This document shows, one piece after another, positions 11,085 through 22,218 of a DNA stretch of 64,000 nt. Position 1 is the stretch's first letter, and each line of letters begins with the position of its first letter. Below the pieces are notes generated by a model, which saw only the letters and a list, made by a program, of their open reading frames with translations, was not told where the DNA came from and did no database searches. Origin of the DNA: Azolla caroliniana (lineage: Eukaryota > Plantae > Polypodiophyta); the NCBI GenBank assembly GCA_043228905.1, contig JBHGNT010000013.1, forward strand, positions 12,524,001 through 12,588,000. The letters are read 5' to 3'. The translations under genes were made by a program, and so were the position numbers.

Positions 11085-14000
11085 ATGGATAGAGGCATGG
11101 CGAGCTCGCTTCCAACAGAGAAGCTCGACAGAACCAACTATGCGTCTTGGTCCTACAAGATGCACCAATACCTGCTCGGGCACGGCTATTGGAGTTATGT
11201 CGAAGGAGCTAATGATGCGGCACCCGAATCGACACACAGAGACTTTCCGTCGTGGGAGCAATCGGTGAGCAGGGTATTATACTGCTTCGCGTCGTGTGTG
11301 GGCGAACAACTATTGAGCTATGTTCGGGATGCAAAGACACCGAAGGGTGCGTGGGAAAATCTGAAGAAGATTTTCGCCGCAAGCACCACAGCCAGGAAGC
11401 TTCAGCTCCGACAGGAGTTGAGCAACCTACGACAACGCGACTTGCCGGTGGCGGACTATACCTCGAAGATCAAGGATATCTGCGACTCCCTCGCCTCCAT
11501 AGAGGTGAACATCGAGGAGAGCGAGATGGTCCAGATCTGTCTCGGAGGTTTGGCGTCGAAGTTTGGAGCGTTCCGAACGGCTGTGTGTACCCGGGTGAAT
11601 ACGCCGTCCTTTTTCGACTTACAGTTGATGCTCCTGGTAGAGGAGAACCACGCGGGTGCGTCGACGAGCACGCACACCGATAGCAAGATGTTGTACATGG
11701 AGGGAGAAAGGCCCCGTGGTCGTGACGGACGAGGCAAGTCGGTACGCAATGAAAGCGGCCGACGAGATCAAGGAAGAAGGCACCGAAGTGATGCCGACAG
11801 CAACTCCGGACCCTCCGGAAACAGGGGGAGTTGAAGCGATGAGAACCGGCAAGGGAAGGCCATTGCGGAGTGCTGGTATTGTGGCAAGAAAGGCCACAGG
11901 GAAAGTGAGCGCTGGAAGAAGCACGCCGATTCGGAGAGAACCGGTTCTGGAAACGGCTTCAGGCATACCGACAAGGGAAATCGGCAGCGATCGCACTACG
12001 CCGAAGACTCCGGGAGAGCCGGAGAAGGGTCTGGCTTCGTGTCGAGACACGAAGCAAACTCAATGAAATAGAGCACCCCGAGATCGGATGAGGTGCGGTA
12101 CGTAGACTCCGGTGCGTCAAACCACATGACGAGCCATAAGGAGTGGTTCTCGTACCTTGAAAAACCGATACAACCTGGAGTAGTCGCAACAGGAGACGAC
12201 ACTCCACATCCGATCGCGAATGTCGGAGAAGTTCCCCTTAGCCATGTCGGGCAGAAAGGGAAACTCATGAACGTGCTGCACGTTCCGACAATCACGAAAA
12301 ACTTGGTCTCGGTCGGATAGATCGTCGACCAAGGGATGGAGGTTCGGTTTACACACCTCGGGTGCTTCATTGAGGAAGAAGGCCGTGTGATTGCGCAAGG
12401 GTGCAGAGACGGGAGGATGTTCATCCTCGACTCCACTGTCGGCGGCACTGCAATGTTCGCGAAGGGACAAAAATCCGAGTCGGACATCGACTTGTGGCAC
12501 AAGCGGATAGGCCACGTCAACCACCAACGGCTTCAAGATATGCAATCGAAATAGGTAGTGTTCGGATTGCCCAAATTTAGTGGCCGAAAGGCACAAATTT
12601 GTGAAGCCTGCCAGCTCGGGAAGCAACACCGACTTCCCTTCCCCAACGAGCGAAACCGGAGCCGGAACAAGCTCGACCTTATACACTCCGATGTATGGGG
12701 TCCGGCACAAAACGTTAGTCTTGGCGGGAGCCGATATTTCGTCTCCTTCATCGACGACCACACGCGGCACACGTGGATCTACCTCATTGAGAGGAAGAGT
12801 GAAGTCTTCGACTGTTTTCGGGACCTCAGAGGGTTCGTGGAAACGGAGACGGGACGAAAGATCAAGTGCCTACGGTCGGATGGCGGGAAAGAGTACTTCT
12901 CTGGTCAATTCAACGGTTATCTACAACAAATGGGAATTCGGCGCGAATTCAGTTGCAGATACACGCCGGAGCAGAACGACGTGGCCGAGAGGAAGAATCG
13001 GTCAGTTGTGGAAGCGGCACGGGCAATGCTGGAGGAGAAGAGCTTGCCCAAGTTCTATTGGGCCGAGGCGGTAAGGGCCGTAGTATACATCCAGAACTGG
13101 ATCGGAGACAAAGTGTCGGCGCATGAGCAATATTTCGGAACGAAGCTGAACTTGCGACACTTGAGGGTGTTCGGTAGCATTGCGTATGTGCATATACCGA
13201 AGGAGAAAAGGAGGAAGTTGGACGCAAAGGGCGAGAAATGCATCTTGGTCGGTTACTCGGACGAGCAAAAGGGTTATAAGTGCTATAACCCTCGCACCAA
13301 ACAAGTGCGTGTCAGCGTCCTGGTACCTGCCCCTGACTACGAACCTCGACTCCAATCCGAGCTCTGACGATGAGGTCAGCGAGGCCGAGATGCCTCCGGA
13401 TGAGCCCGAAATTGAGACCCGCGAAGACAGTCCGATTTCACTCCGGTTAAGTGGACCGATTGGACGACTGAGTCGGTACGACTAGTCTGATGAAGAGCCG
13501 GCAGGTAGTGGAGACTCGGCCGTGCATTCCCCGTGCAGGAAGCCGAGGAGATGGCTTACGCGCAAAGAGAAAGGGAAGAAGAAGGTGTCGGATTCCGGCA
13601 CGGAAAGGAACGAGTCAGACCGACGCGAGTCCGACTCCGAGGGAACCGGTTACGGGTCTTTAAAGATGAAGACCGCGTCGACCGAGAAGGCCTCAACATC
13701 GGCTAATGTGAGATTACGCCGATCTACCCGCCAGAAGAATCCTGTTTTGCGGTTCGGATACAACGAGTACATGGCGCATCATTATGCGTACATGACCCGT
13801 GTAGCGGAAGTGCGTGAGCCGGAGAGCTACGCAGAATTGGCTAAAGACGTGAATTGGCGTGCCGTGATGGAGGAAGAGATGCACGCATTGGCGGAGAACA
13901 AGACCTGGGACCTGGTTGACGCACCAAGAGGGGTAAAACCGATCGGGTGTAGGTGGGTGTACAAAGTCAAGTACAACACCGATGGCTCGGTCAACCGGTA

Positions 14001-14855
14001 CAAGGCTCGGCTAGTGGCAAAGGGCTATGTGCAGAAACACGACATCGACTACGATGAGACATTTGCGCCGGTCGCGAAAATGACGACCGTCCGTGTTTTG
14101 CTCGCAGTAGCCTTGGCCAAGGGGTGGGACCTACATCAAATGGATGTAAAGAATGCGTTCCTGCAAGGTGACCTTGAGGAACAAGTGTACATGGTACAAC
14201 CCCCCGGATTTCACTCCGGAACGAACTCCTCGGCAGTATGCCGACTGAAGAAGTCCCTTTACGGACTGAAGCAAGCCCTGCGTGCTTGGAACGCGAAGAT
14301 CACGCAACAACTGCGTCGGATGGGCTTCGTCACGTCAAAATCGGACTATTCCCTGTTCATCCGGAAATGTCGACTCGGACCAATTAGTATTTTACTATAT
14401 GTTGATGACTTGGTCATCACCGGCCCCGACCTAGGTGAAATCGACCGCGTGAAGCTCCAACTTGCGGCATCGTTCGATATGAAGGATCTGGGGGACCTTC
14501 ATTACTTCCTCGGGATCGAAGTGATCCGTACCCCCGAAGGCATATTGATCAGCCAACGTCATTACGTGCTGAGTATGCTCTTCAAATTCGGGATGGCCGA
14601 CTGTAAGTCCGTCTCGACTCCTCTGGACAGAACCGTCAAGCTTCGTCCCGATACGGGAAAGGAATGCGACCCGATGAGGTTCCGACAAATTTTCGGAAGC
14701 CTCATATACTTGACCATCACCCGACCCGACCTCAGTTATCCGGTCGGAGTGATCAGTCAGTTCATGGCGTGACCTACCGAGGAACACCTTCAGTGTGCGC
14801 AACGCGTACTGCGGTACGTAAGTGGCACTAAGGACATCTTCACAAAGCCTCTTGG
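11085..14855 (+). pseudogene. Copia-3 gag-pol polyprotein with premature stops; most of RNase H deleted; C-terminus resumes at 25409-25859
   Basis: Gag, zinc knuckle (CWYCGKKGH), PR (VDSGASNH), INT (LIHSDVWGP, AERKNR), RT (QMDVKNAFL, LYVDD); sequence jumps from YVSGTK to DIFTKPLG at ~14833. Confidence 0.93.
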
Positions 14856-15557
14856 TGTTACGGGCATGACCATATAATATCCCGTGGTAAGAATTTACCG
14901 TAGTAATCTATACACGTGGATAAGTGTGAGGGTTAAATGAGAGTGTAAAGAAGGGGAGGATTACTTTTAATCCTCGGGATTGAGACAACCCATTAGGTCA
15001 AGTGTGAACTTGCCTGGGGGCCTTGGGTATCGCTATAAATAAGAGGTCTAGCTACCCTCATTTGATCATCTTTTGACTACATCGAGACTCTGCTCGTGTG
15101 GTGGGTCAACTCTTGTAGCAAGCGCGCCAGCACCAGGTACGACTCGACGCCACGGCGGTGGTATGGGACGCCGATCGAGGCTCGAGTCCGTCTCGATCCC
15201 TTCGCTCGGGGGTGGTCGGGTGGATCGGCACCCTTCTTTCTCTTTCTCCTTTCTATCTATCTTTTCATTATCCTTATCTTAAGCTTACGTTAGTACCAAG
15301 ATCTATAATATTTGGTATCAGATTTTTGTACTAATGTTTCTTTGTTTTTCATTTGTCTTTTGATTGACGCTGATCGATCGTTGTGCGGTTGGCCTTGATC
15401 CAGACAACGATCAACAAAGAACTTCGGTAACTCTTTCCAGAATTTTTCTTTCTATTCTCTCTTCTCCCATCTAATCATGTGTTTAGTTTATATGTAATTT
15501 TTTTTCATTAAGTCAATGATGTTGTAGTGGTCTTTAATTGATTATCTAAAACGTTTA

Positions 15558-15821
15558 CATATGTGCACGAGGTCAATACCTCGTTTGACATGTTAATAAT
15601 ATGTGATGAGTGTCGTATGCGTACGAGGTTAATACCTCAATTACGTATTACCTTCACGAACATATGTTACGTTTGCGTATGAGTTTAATACCTTGATTTG
15701 TTGTAAACGATATGCGTTTGGTCTCGTATGCGTAAGAGGTCAATACCTCCATTGCATATTACAATGATCTCTTATTTGTGGATGTTTCGTGTGCGTAGAG
15801 GTATATACCTCGATTACGTAT
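15558..15821 (+). repeat. Five dispersed hairpin repeats (core GAGGT-N4-ACCTC), period 55-63 bp
   Basis: Copies start at ~15558, 15614, 15670, 15725 and 15788; consensus CGTATGCGTACGAGGTYAATACCTC; spacers are unrelated to each other. Confidence 0.8.
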
Positions 15822-16999
15822 CTCGATCACATCATTTGTGGCTATTTACTATAACGATATGTTGAATATAGGCATATGTGGTCACATATATACGTATTTG
15901 ATCGTATATATGTGATAAGTAAACATATGTGTATATTCGTTATTACGTGATTATATCGAAAGTTGTCATGATCGGGAAAAGGATGTTGGTGGCCGTCTTC
16001 ACATTTTTGTGAGAATGGCGTTGTCACCATCCCTTTTTCAACATTTTTTTATTGTTGATAACCCCGTTGACGACCTCGATTTCGTTACGTAAAGAAACGC
16101 CAATAGCCAAAATGATGTTGAGTACGTAGGGCTTGACCCACTTCAAGTGAGGTCGCTCCAATGACGCACGTATCCAACATCCCTCCCTCGTTACATGGAT
16201 ACGATGCCACCATGAGCTCGTTCTTACGAGAGGCATTCGTAATGACGTGACCATGTGATGGCCCACGTGAGCCTACTACGAAACAAGGGCTCATTTGGCT
16301 TGACCATTAGGTTGCACTTTGGCGTATGCCATCGTAATTACGAGACTTGAGGTTAGGTAACGTACCAACATAGTTTTGGTAAATGAGGGCGAAATAAGGA
16401 CCCTTGACATATATGTTCTTTTAAAAAAACATATATGATCAATTGCCTCGCATATCTCTTATACACATCAAATATTAAGCATTCGAGAAGAGTAACTTAC
16501 TTGGTTGGCTCAAGTGTTTAATGTATTTGTTCTCGAGGTCTCGAGTTCAAATATGTCCAAGACCATACAACATCCTTGATACATATGACTATAACACATG
16601 TTTAGACTTAAGGTCTAAGTGCACCTCGGGGTCCTCGTAATAGGACTTAAAGAGCCGAAACCACTTATGTGGGCACCGAAACATAGTTTATTGTTAACAT
16701 TTTTTTCGTGTATAAACGATTCATGACGCAAACATACATGGTTGAGCCTCGGGGAGCCACCATGGAAAAATCGATATAGAGATCAGGGAAAGACATTTAT
16801 TTGTCACCCCCATGGTTTTTAAAACACCTTTGTGTTACCACAGTAACCTGATCTTGAACCTCATCTCATACGTCTAGAGGGGTATTGACGTGAGATAATG
16901 ATATCGATTAATGCTCGCCCATGATATGTTTACATCACGACATGATGTTATGACTATATCTCTGACCTTATCCTATTTCTTTTCCAGAAATAATCTTTA

Positions 17000-17566
17000 A
17001 TGGCTCAAATTAACGACCCGATGTCATCCGCTCAAGCGGAAGGAACTCAAGGGAATCCTCCTGGACAAATGTCCACTGAGATGTATTTGGCACAAATAAC
17101 CCAATACCTTAGTTTCACCGCTCAACAGATGACCGAACTTCGGCAATCTCAGAGTGCTCTTGAGGCACGTGTCATTAGTCTACAACGTGAGACTAATAGA
17201 CCTGATGAGCGACAAGGTGAACCATCATTTGTCGTTAAGCCATTTACGGGAGACAAAAAGGAAAGAACCGAAGAAGCAATCTGCACATGGCTGGGACGAT
17301 GGGAGTCTCATTTTGAGCTCTATCCCACGCCAGATAGTACGAAGATTGCATATGTCGGCCGAGAACTCGGGGGTAAGGCCGCCGCCTGGTGGCGTGGGCT
17401 CCGTACTATGGGGAAATTGCCCGATACCTGGACAGATTTTGTCACGGTTTTTAAGGGCCAATTTCTGCAACCTCCCTCTCGAACCGAGGCAACACAAGCT
17501 TTAATGAACCTCTCTAGCAGGAAATTTTCCTCGCTAGAAGACTATGTTCACCATGCTAGAACCTAA
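17000..17566 (+). CDS. gag: Chromovirus Gag N-terminal part, ending at a single in-frame TAA
   Basis: Retrotransposon-gag-like 'ELGGKAAAWW..TWTDFVTVFKGQF'; same frame as the downstream 1277-aa ORF. Confidence 0.85.
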   Translation: MAQINDPMSSAQAEGTQGNPPGQMSTEMYLAQITQYLSFTAQQMTELRQSQSALEARVISLQRETNRPDERQGEPSFVVKPFTGDKKERTEEAICTWLGRWESHFELYPTPDSTKIAYVGRELGGKAAAWWRGLRTMGKLPDTWTDFVTVFKGQFLQPPSRTEATQALMNLSSRKFSSLEDYVHHART

Positions 17567-20500
17567 ATCCAAAAATCGGGTCTAGAAGGGGACAATTGGT
17601 TGATAGCTTGTTTTGTCAATGGCATCCCCAATTCGGACTATCACTGGATAGTGCACGATAAGGATCCAAAATCCTTCGAAGAGGCCATTGAAATAGTTCT
17701 TCGCTATCAACGCACTTCGAAGAAGGACCATAACAAACCCAACGAAGCGCCCGGGACTAAGCAGTCGCAATTTGTTGGGAAACGCAAGACACCCAACGAA
17801 TTCCTGGATCGCGATTGTAAGCGACAACATCCTTTTTGTGTATTCTGCAAAAAGAAGGGTCATACAAAAGATCAATGTCGAAAGCTCCAACGGAAAGAGC
17901 ACGACAACAAAGCTAAAGCTGCAGACCATAAAGGTCAGATTCCTAATGTCCTTCAGGTCTATACACATCATTTAAGTAATTGTCAATGTTCTTTCCCTCA
18001 CTATGTATTGGGTCCCAATGATTTACTACGTGCAAACGGGTATATCAATGGATCTCCCGTACAATTTTTATTTGATTCGGGAAGCTCACACAATTTTGTG
18101 AATGATCGTTTGGTTCAGATATGGGGAATCCAACCCACCGTAAGTGATCACACCTACACGGTGCACTTGGCTGATGGAAGAGTACAATACATCAACGGGG
18201 CGATTCATTCATTAGGAATTTCTATTGATACTTATATAGAGGAAGTAGACTTCCATGTAATGAATCTTTGTACCACCGACGTAATACTGGGTTATCCCTG
18301 GTTTTATAATAAAAACTCTTCTTTATTTATTGATTGGGTTCATCATTCCATTTCTTTTGTACTGAACGATTGTACGCATTTTATTCAATGTGTAAAAAAA
18401 CAATCCCTCTCGATTGTTTCCTCGTGTCCATCAATATACGAGTTGTCTTGTTCTACGTTATTTTATTGTGTACTTGATCCGGACATTCACGTTTACAATA
18501 TCGATAATGTCCCGATTCAATTAACATATTTTGAACAACAACAACTTGATGAAATCTTAAATGATTTTCATGATGTTTTTCCAAGTGAACTACCTGATGG
18601 GTTACCTCCTAAACGTAATATAGACCATCGTATAGATATTGTACCTGGTGTTGCACCAATAAGTATACCTCTGTATCGCTTAAGTCGATCCGAAGAAGAT
18701 GAGGTATCTAAGCAACTCAAGGACTATTTACGAATGGGTTATATACGTTATAGTAAATCTCCATGGGGTGCACCAGTTCTCTTGGTTAAAAAGAAAGAGG
18801 GCACATGGCGTATGTGTATTAATTACCGACGCTTGAATAAAGTGACGATCAAGAATTCGTATCCATTGCCCCGGGCTGACGATCTAATTGACCGTCTCCA
18901 GGGAGCTCGGTATTTTACGAAACTTGATCTCCGTACTGGCTACCATCAAATAAGAATAAGTGAGGACGATGTTCCTAAAACGGCATTTCGTACACGCTAT
19001 GGCCATTACGAGTTTTTGGTTATGCCTTTTGGTTTGACCAATGCTCCGGCTACTTTTCAACAAGAAATGAATGACATTTTCCGAGAACAACTTGGAAAAT
19101 TTGTCGTTATTTTCTTGGATGATATTTTAGTTTATAGCCGTACATTACAAGAACATGCTAGACATGTCCGCTTTGTTTTACAAACATTGCGTGAAAAACA
19201 GTTTTATGCGAAGATCTCAAAATGTGAGTTCTTCAAGAAATCAATTACTTATCTAGGACATCTCATAACCGAACGAGGAGTTGAAATTGATCCTTCTCGC
19301 ATTGAGAAAATCAAGCTTTGGCCCACTCTTCGGAATATTCGAGAAGTTCGATCATTCCTTGGTTTTGTGGGGTTTTTGCGAAAGTCTCTTCGTAATTACT
19401 CCCAATTGACGACGCTGTTTACTGATCTTTTAAAAGGTCAAACACGTAAGTCTACAAAACCTATTGTGTGGAATGGTACACTAGACCTCGCCTTTAAGGA
19501 ATTCAAGGACCTGATTTGCAAGGCTCCTTCACTTCTTTTACCCGATCCTTCAAAACCTTTTGAGGTTGAAACCGATGCAAGCGATTATGCTATAGGTGCT
19601 GTCTTGTATCAAGATGGTAAACCAATAGCATTCGAGAGTAAGAAACTTGATTCTGCTCAATGTCGGTATACCGTTCAAGAAAAGGAATTATTTGCAGTTA
19701 TACATGCGCTCAAAACATGGCGCCATTATCTTTATGGAAATCACTTTGTGGTAACTACGGACCACGAGTCCTTGAAATATTTTTGTGACCAACAAGACCT
19801 GAAAGGTCGTAAGGCACGATGGGCTGATCTCATCCAGGACTTTGATTTTTCCATACGATATCGTAAAGGTTCCATGAACATTGTCGCTGATGCACTAAGT
19901 CGCATCCGTGAAGTTAACACGCTTAGCTTCACTGAAATATCATCAGATCTTTATGATCACCTTCGAGGAAAGTATCCTGATGACAGTTATTTCGCAAAAT
20001 ACTGGGCTAGAGTTGAGTCTGGAACAGACACCACCACATCCTTGAAGGAATACTTCCACATTGCTAACGGTTTGCTCTACCGTAATGGGAAGGTTTGTGT
20101 TCCACATTTACCCGAGGTCAAAAAGAGGATTCTTTTTGAATGCCATGATGCACCCTCAGCAGGGCACCCTGGAATACATCGTACACTCGTTCTCATCTCC
20201 ACTCAATTTTATTGGCCTAAGATGCGTCCTGACATACATAGCTATGTGACTAAATGTCACCAGTGTCAGGTTAACAAAGCCGAGCGACTTAAAGCCGCAG
20301 GACTTTTACATCCCTTGGACATTCCCAATAATAAGTGGGAATGTATATCCATGGATTTTATTGTTAGCCTTCCTCGCACCCAAAAAGGTCATGATGCCAT
20401 CTGGGTTGTCGTTGATCGACTAACTAAAATGGCCAGATTTATTGCTACTAAAACCACGGTAACAGCTCCTGAATTGGCTTACCAATTTGTTGACGAATTG

Positions 20501-21433
20501 TTTCGTTTTTATGGGTTACCAATGGATATCGTGAGTGATCGAGATCCAAAGTTTACTAGTGACTTCTGGACACAAGTCTTTAAGAAGTTAGAAACTACGT
20601 TGAGCATGAGCTCCACGGATCATCCTCAATCCGATGGACAGACAGAACGAGTAAATCAAATTATTGAGGACATGCTTCGAGCATACGTTGGTGCAAAACC
20701 AACAAAATGGGAACGTTATCTCCCAATTTTGGAGTTTGCTTATAACAGCTCCAAGCATACGTCGACGGGATATAGTCCTTTTATGTTGATGTATGGTTTT
20801 CAGCCACGAGCCCCGATTGATGTTAATATACATCATGATGAGTTGCGAAGTACGCAAAACTTTCTTCGGGATATGCAAGATATGTTGCATATTGCACGAG
20901 ATAATATAAAAACAGCTCAAGATAGAGCGCGTTTTTATGCCGATCATCATAGGCAACCTCGTGTATTCAACCTTGGACAGAAGGTATTTTTACGTGTACC
21001 TCACAATTCTAAGACATTGTCTACGGGTAAGTGCGCTAAGTTAGCCCCACGGTTTTGTGGACCTTTTACAGTCCTCAAACGCATTAGGTCATCAGCCTAT
21101 CGTCTCGCTCTTCCCGATGGTGTCGGAATTCATCCAGTCTTTCATGTGAGTTGTCTAAAAGAACTTCTAGGTTCTGGCGACAATACAGTTACGACTGAAA
21201 CTCTGGTTACTTCTGAAGAATTATCTTCTAAACCACATGTACCAGAAAGAATTCTCGATGTTAAAACAAAAAAATTACGTACTAAAGAAATCCGAGAATT
21301 CAAAATAAAATGGATGGATAAATCAATAAAAGATGCCACATGGGAACGTGAAAATACTCTAAGAACTAACTTCCCTAACTTTCCATTGCAAGAGTGCAAT
21401 GTTTTAAAGAGGGGGAGTATGTTACGGGCATGA
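17567..21433 (+). CDS. pol: Chromovirus Gag C-terminus plus Pol (zinc knuckle, PR, RT, RNase H, INT, chromodomain)
   Basis: [38 protein letters not shown] zinc finger, SMDF..SDRD..QTERVN, GPF, PERILD..KW..DATWE. Confidence 0.95.
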   Translation: MQKSGLEGDNWLIACFVNGIPNSDYHWIVHDKDPKSFEEAIEIVLRYQRTSKKDHNKPNEAPGTKQSQFVGKRKTPNEFLDRDCKRQHPFCVFCKKKGHTKDQCRKLQRKEHDNKAKAADHKGQIPNVLQVYTHHLSNCQCSFPHYVLGPNDLLRANGYINGSPVQFLFDSGSSHNFVNDRLVQIWGIQPTVSDHTYTVHLADGRVQYINGAIHSLGISIDTYIEEVDFHVMNLCTTDVILGYPWFYNKNSSLFIDWVHHSISFVLNDCTHFIQCVKKQSLSIVSSCPSIYELSCSTLFYCVLDPDIHVYNIDNVPIQLTYFEQQQLDEILNDFHDVFPSELPDGLPPKRNIDHRIDIVPGVAPISIPLYRLSRSEEDEVSKQLKDYLRMGYIRYSKSPWGAPVLLVKKKEGTWRMCINYRRLNKVTIKNSYPLPRADDLIDRLQGARYFTKLDLRTGYHQIRISEDDVPKTAFRTRYGHYEFLVMPFGLTNAPATFQQEMNDIFREQLGKFVVIFLDDILVYSRTLQEHARHVRFVLQTLREKQFYAKISKCEFFKKSITYLGHLITERGVEIDPSRIEKIKLWPTLRNIREVRSFLGFVGFLRKSLRNYSQLTTLFTDLLKGQTRKSTKPIVWNGTLDLAFKEFKDLICKAPSLLLPDPSKPFEVETDASDYAIGAVLYQDGKPIAFESKKLDSAQCRYTVQEKELFAVIHALKTWRHYLYGNHFVVTTDHESLKYFCDQQDLKGRKARWADLIQDFDFSIRYRKGSMNIVADALSRIREVNTLSFTEISSDLYDHLRGKYPDDSYFAKYWARVESGTDTTTSLKEYFHIANGLLYRNGKVCVPHLPEVKKRILFECHDAPSAGHPGIHRTLVLISTQFYWPKMRPDIHSYVTKCHQCQVNKAERLKAAGLLHPLDIPNNKWECISMDFIVSLPRTQKGHDAIWVVVDRLTKMARFIATKTTVTAPELAYQFVDELFRFYGLPMDIVSDRDPKFTSDFWTQVFKKLETTLSMSSTDHPQSDGQTERVNQIIEDMLRAYVGAKPTKWERYLPILEFAYNSSKHTSTGYSPFMLMYGFQPRAPIDVNIHHDELRSTQNFLRDMQDMLHIARDNIKTAQDRARFYADHHRQPRVFNLGQKVFLRVPHNSKTLSTGKCAKLAPRFCGPFTVLKRIRSSAYRLALPDGVGIHPVFHVSCLKELLGSGDNTVTTETLVTSEELSSKPHVPERILDVKTKKLRTKEIREFKIKWMDKSIKDATWERENTLRTNFPNFPLQECNVLKRGSMLRA

Positions 21434-22218
21434 CTATATAATATCCCGTGGTAAGAATTTACCGTAGTAATCTATACACGTTGTCGCGAAGATTCGCGCG
21501 TGCGTGTGCTACTCGAGCGACCACCGGGGTCTTGGACTGGGGAGGATGTTCGCGGAATTATCGAAGAGATGACGATCAATGTAAGATTAGATGAAATTGG
21601 TTTACTTGAGAAGAAGAAAAATTGTACACTTGAGAAGTAGAAAATAATGAAGAAGATAAAGACAAATATAATTATATTGATGATAATGGTGTTGGTGATA
21701 TCACATATTGAGCCCCCCTTACACAAGCCCAACTAGAGGCTTTTATAGGTCTTTCCATGCTCGTGACATGCACAAAACCATGGGCTAAAACCATGGTTTT
21801 GTGCACACGGTTTTGCTTATGTCATGCACAAACCATGGGTTTAAAACCATGGTTTTGTGCACATGGTTTTCTATGGTTGTTTCGTCTATAATTTGTATAT
21901 GAAAAGAAAATACATAAAATCTACACTATATGATAGTTGTCCTAATGGTAAGGCAATCATCTTGTATCTTAGAGGTGCAAGGTTCAAACCTTGCTTGCAC
22001 CCCTCTGTATGAACTCAAGTGCCACTAGGCATTAGGAGGCTTATTTGCTAAGTGTATGTGCAATGTTGCACATCCTTGGTTTATTCGTCTCACTCGGTTT
22101 CACACCGTAGCCGAAAATCGTCACGACATCCACCCCCACCAAACCCGCACATCCTCTGGTATGTGCCGAGAAAGGTGAAGAGGTGAGATCTTTGGCAACG
22201 GTGATCAACCGAGTTCCT

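Noticed and set aside
15558-15821. CRISPR array
   Set aside because: Repeats are degenerate, lie inside a eukaryotic retrotransposon leader, and no cas genes are present; kept only as a hairpin array
21931-22002. Functional tRNA genes here and at the other A/B-box cassettes
   Set aside because: No convincing acceptor or anticodon stems; all are embedded in LTRs
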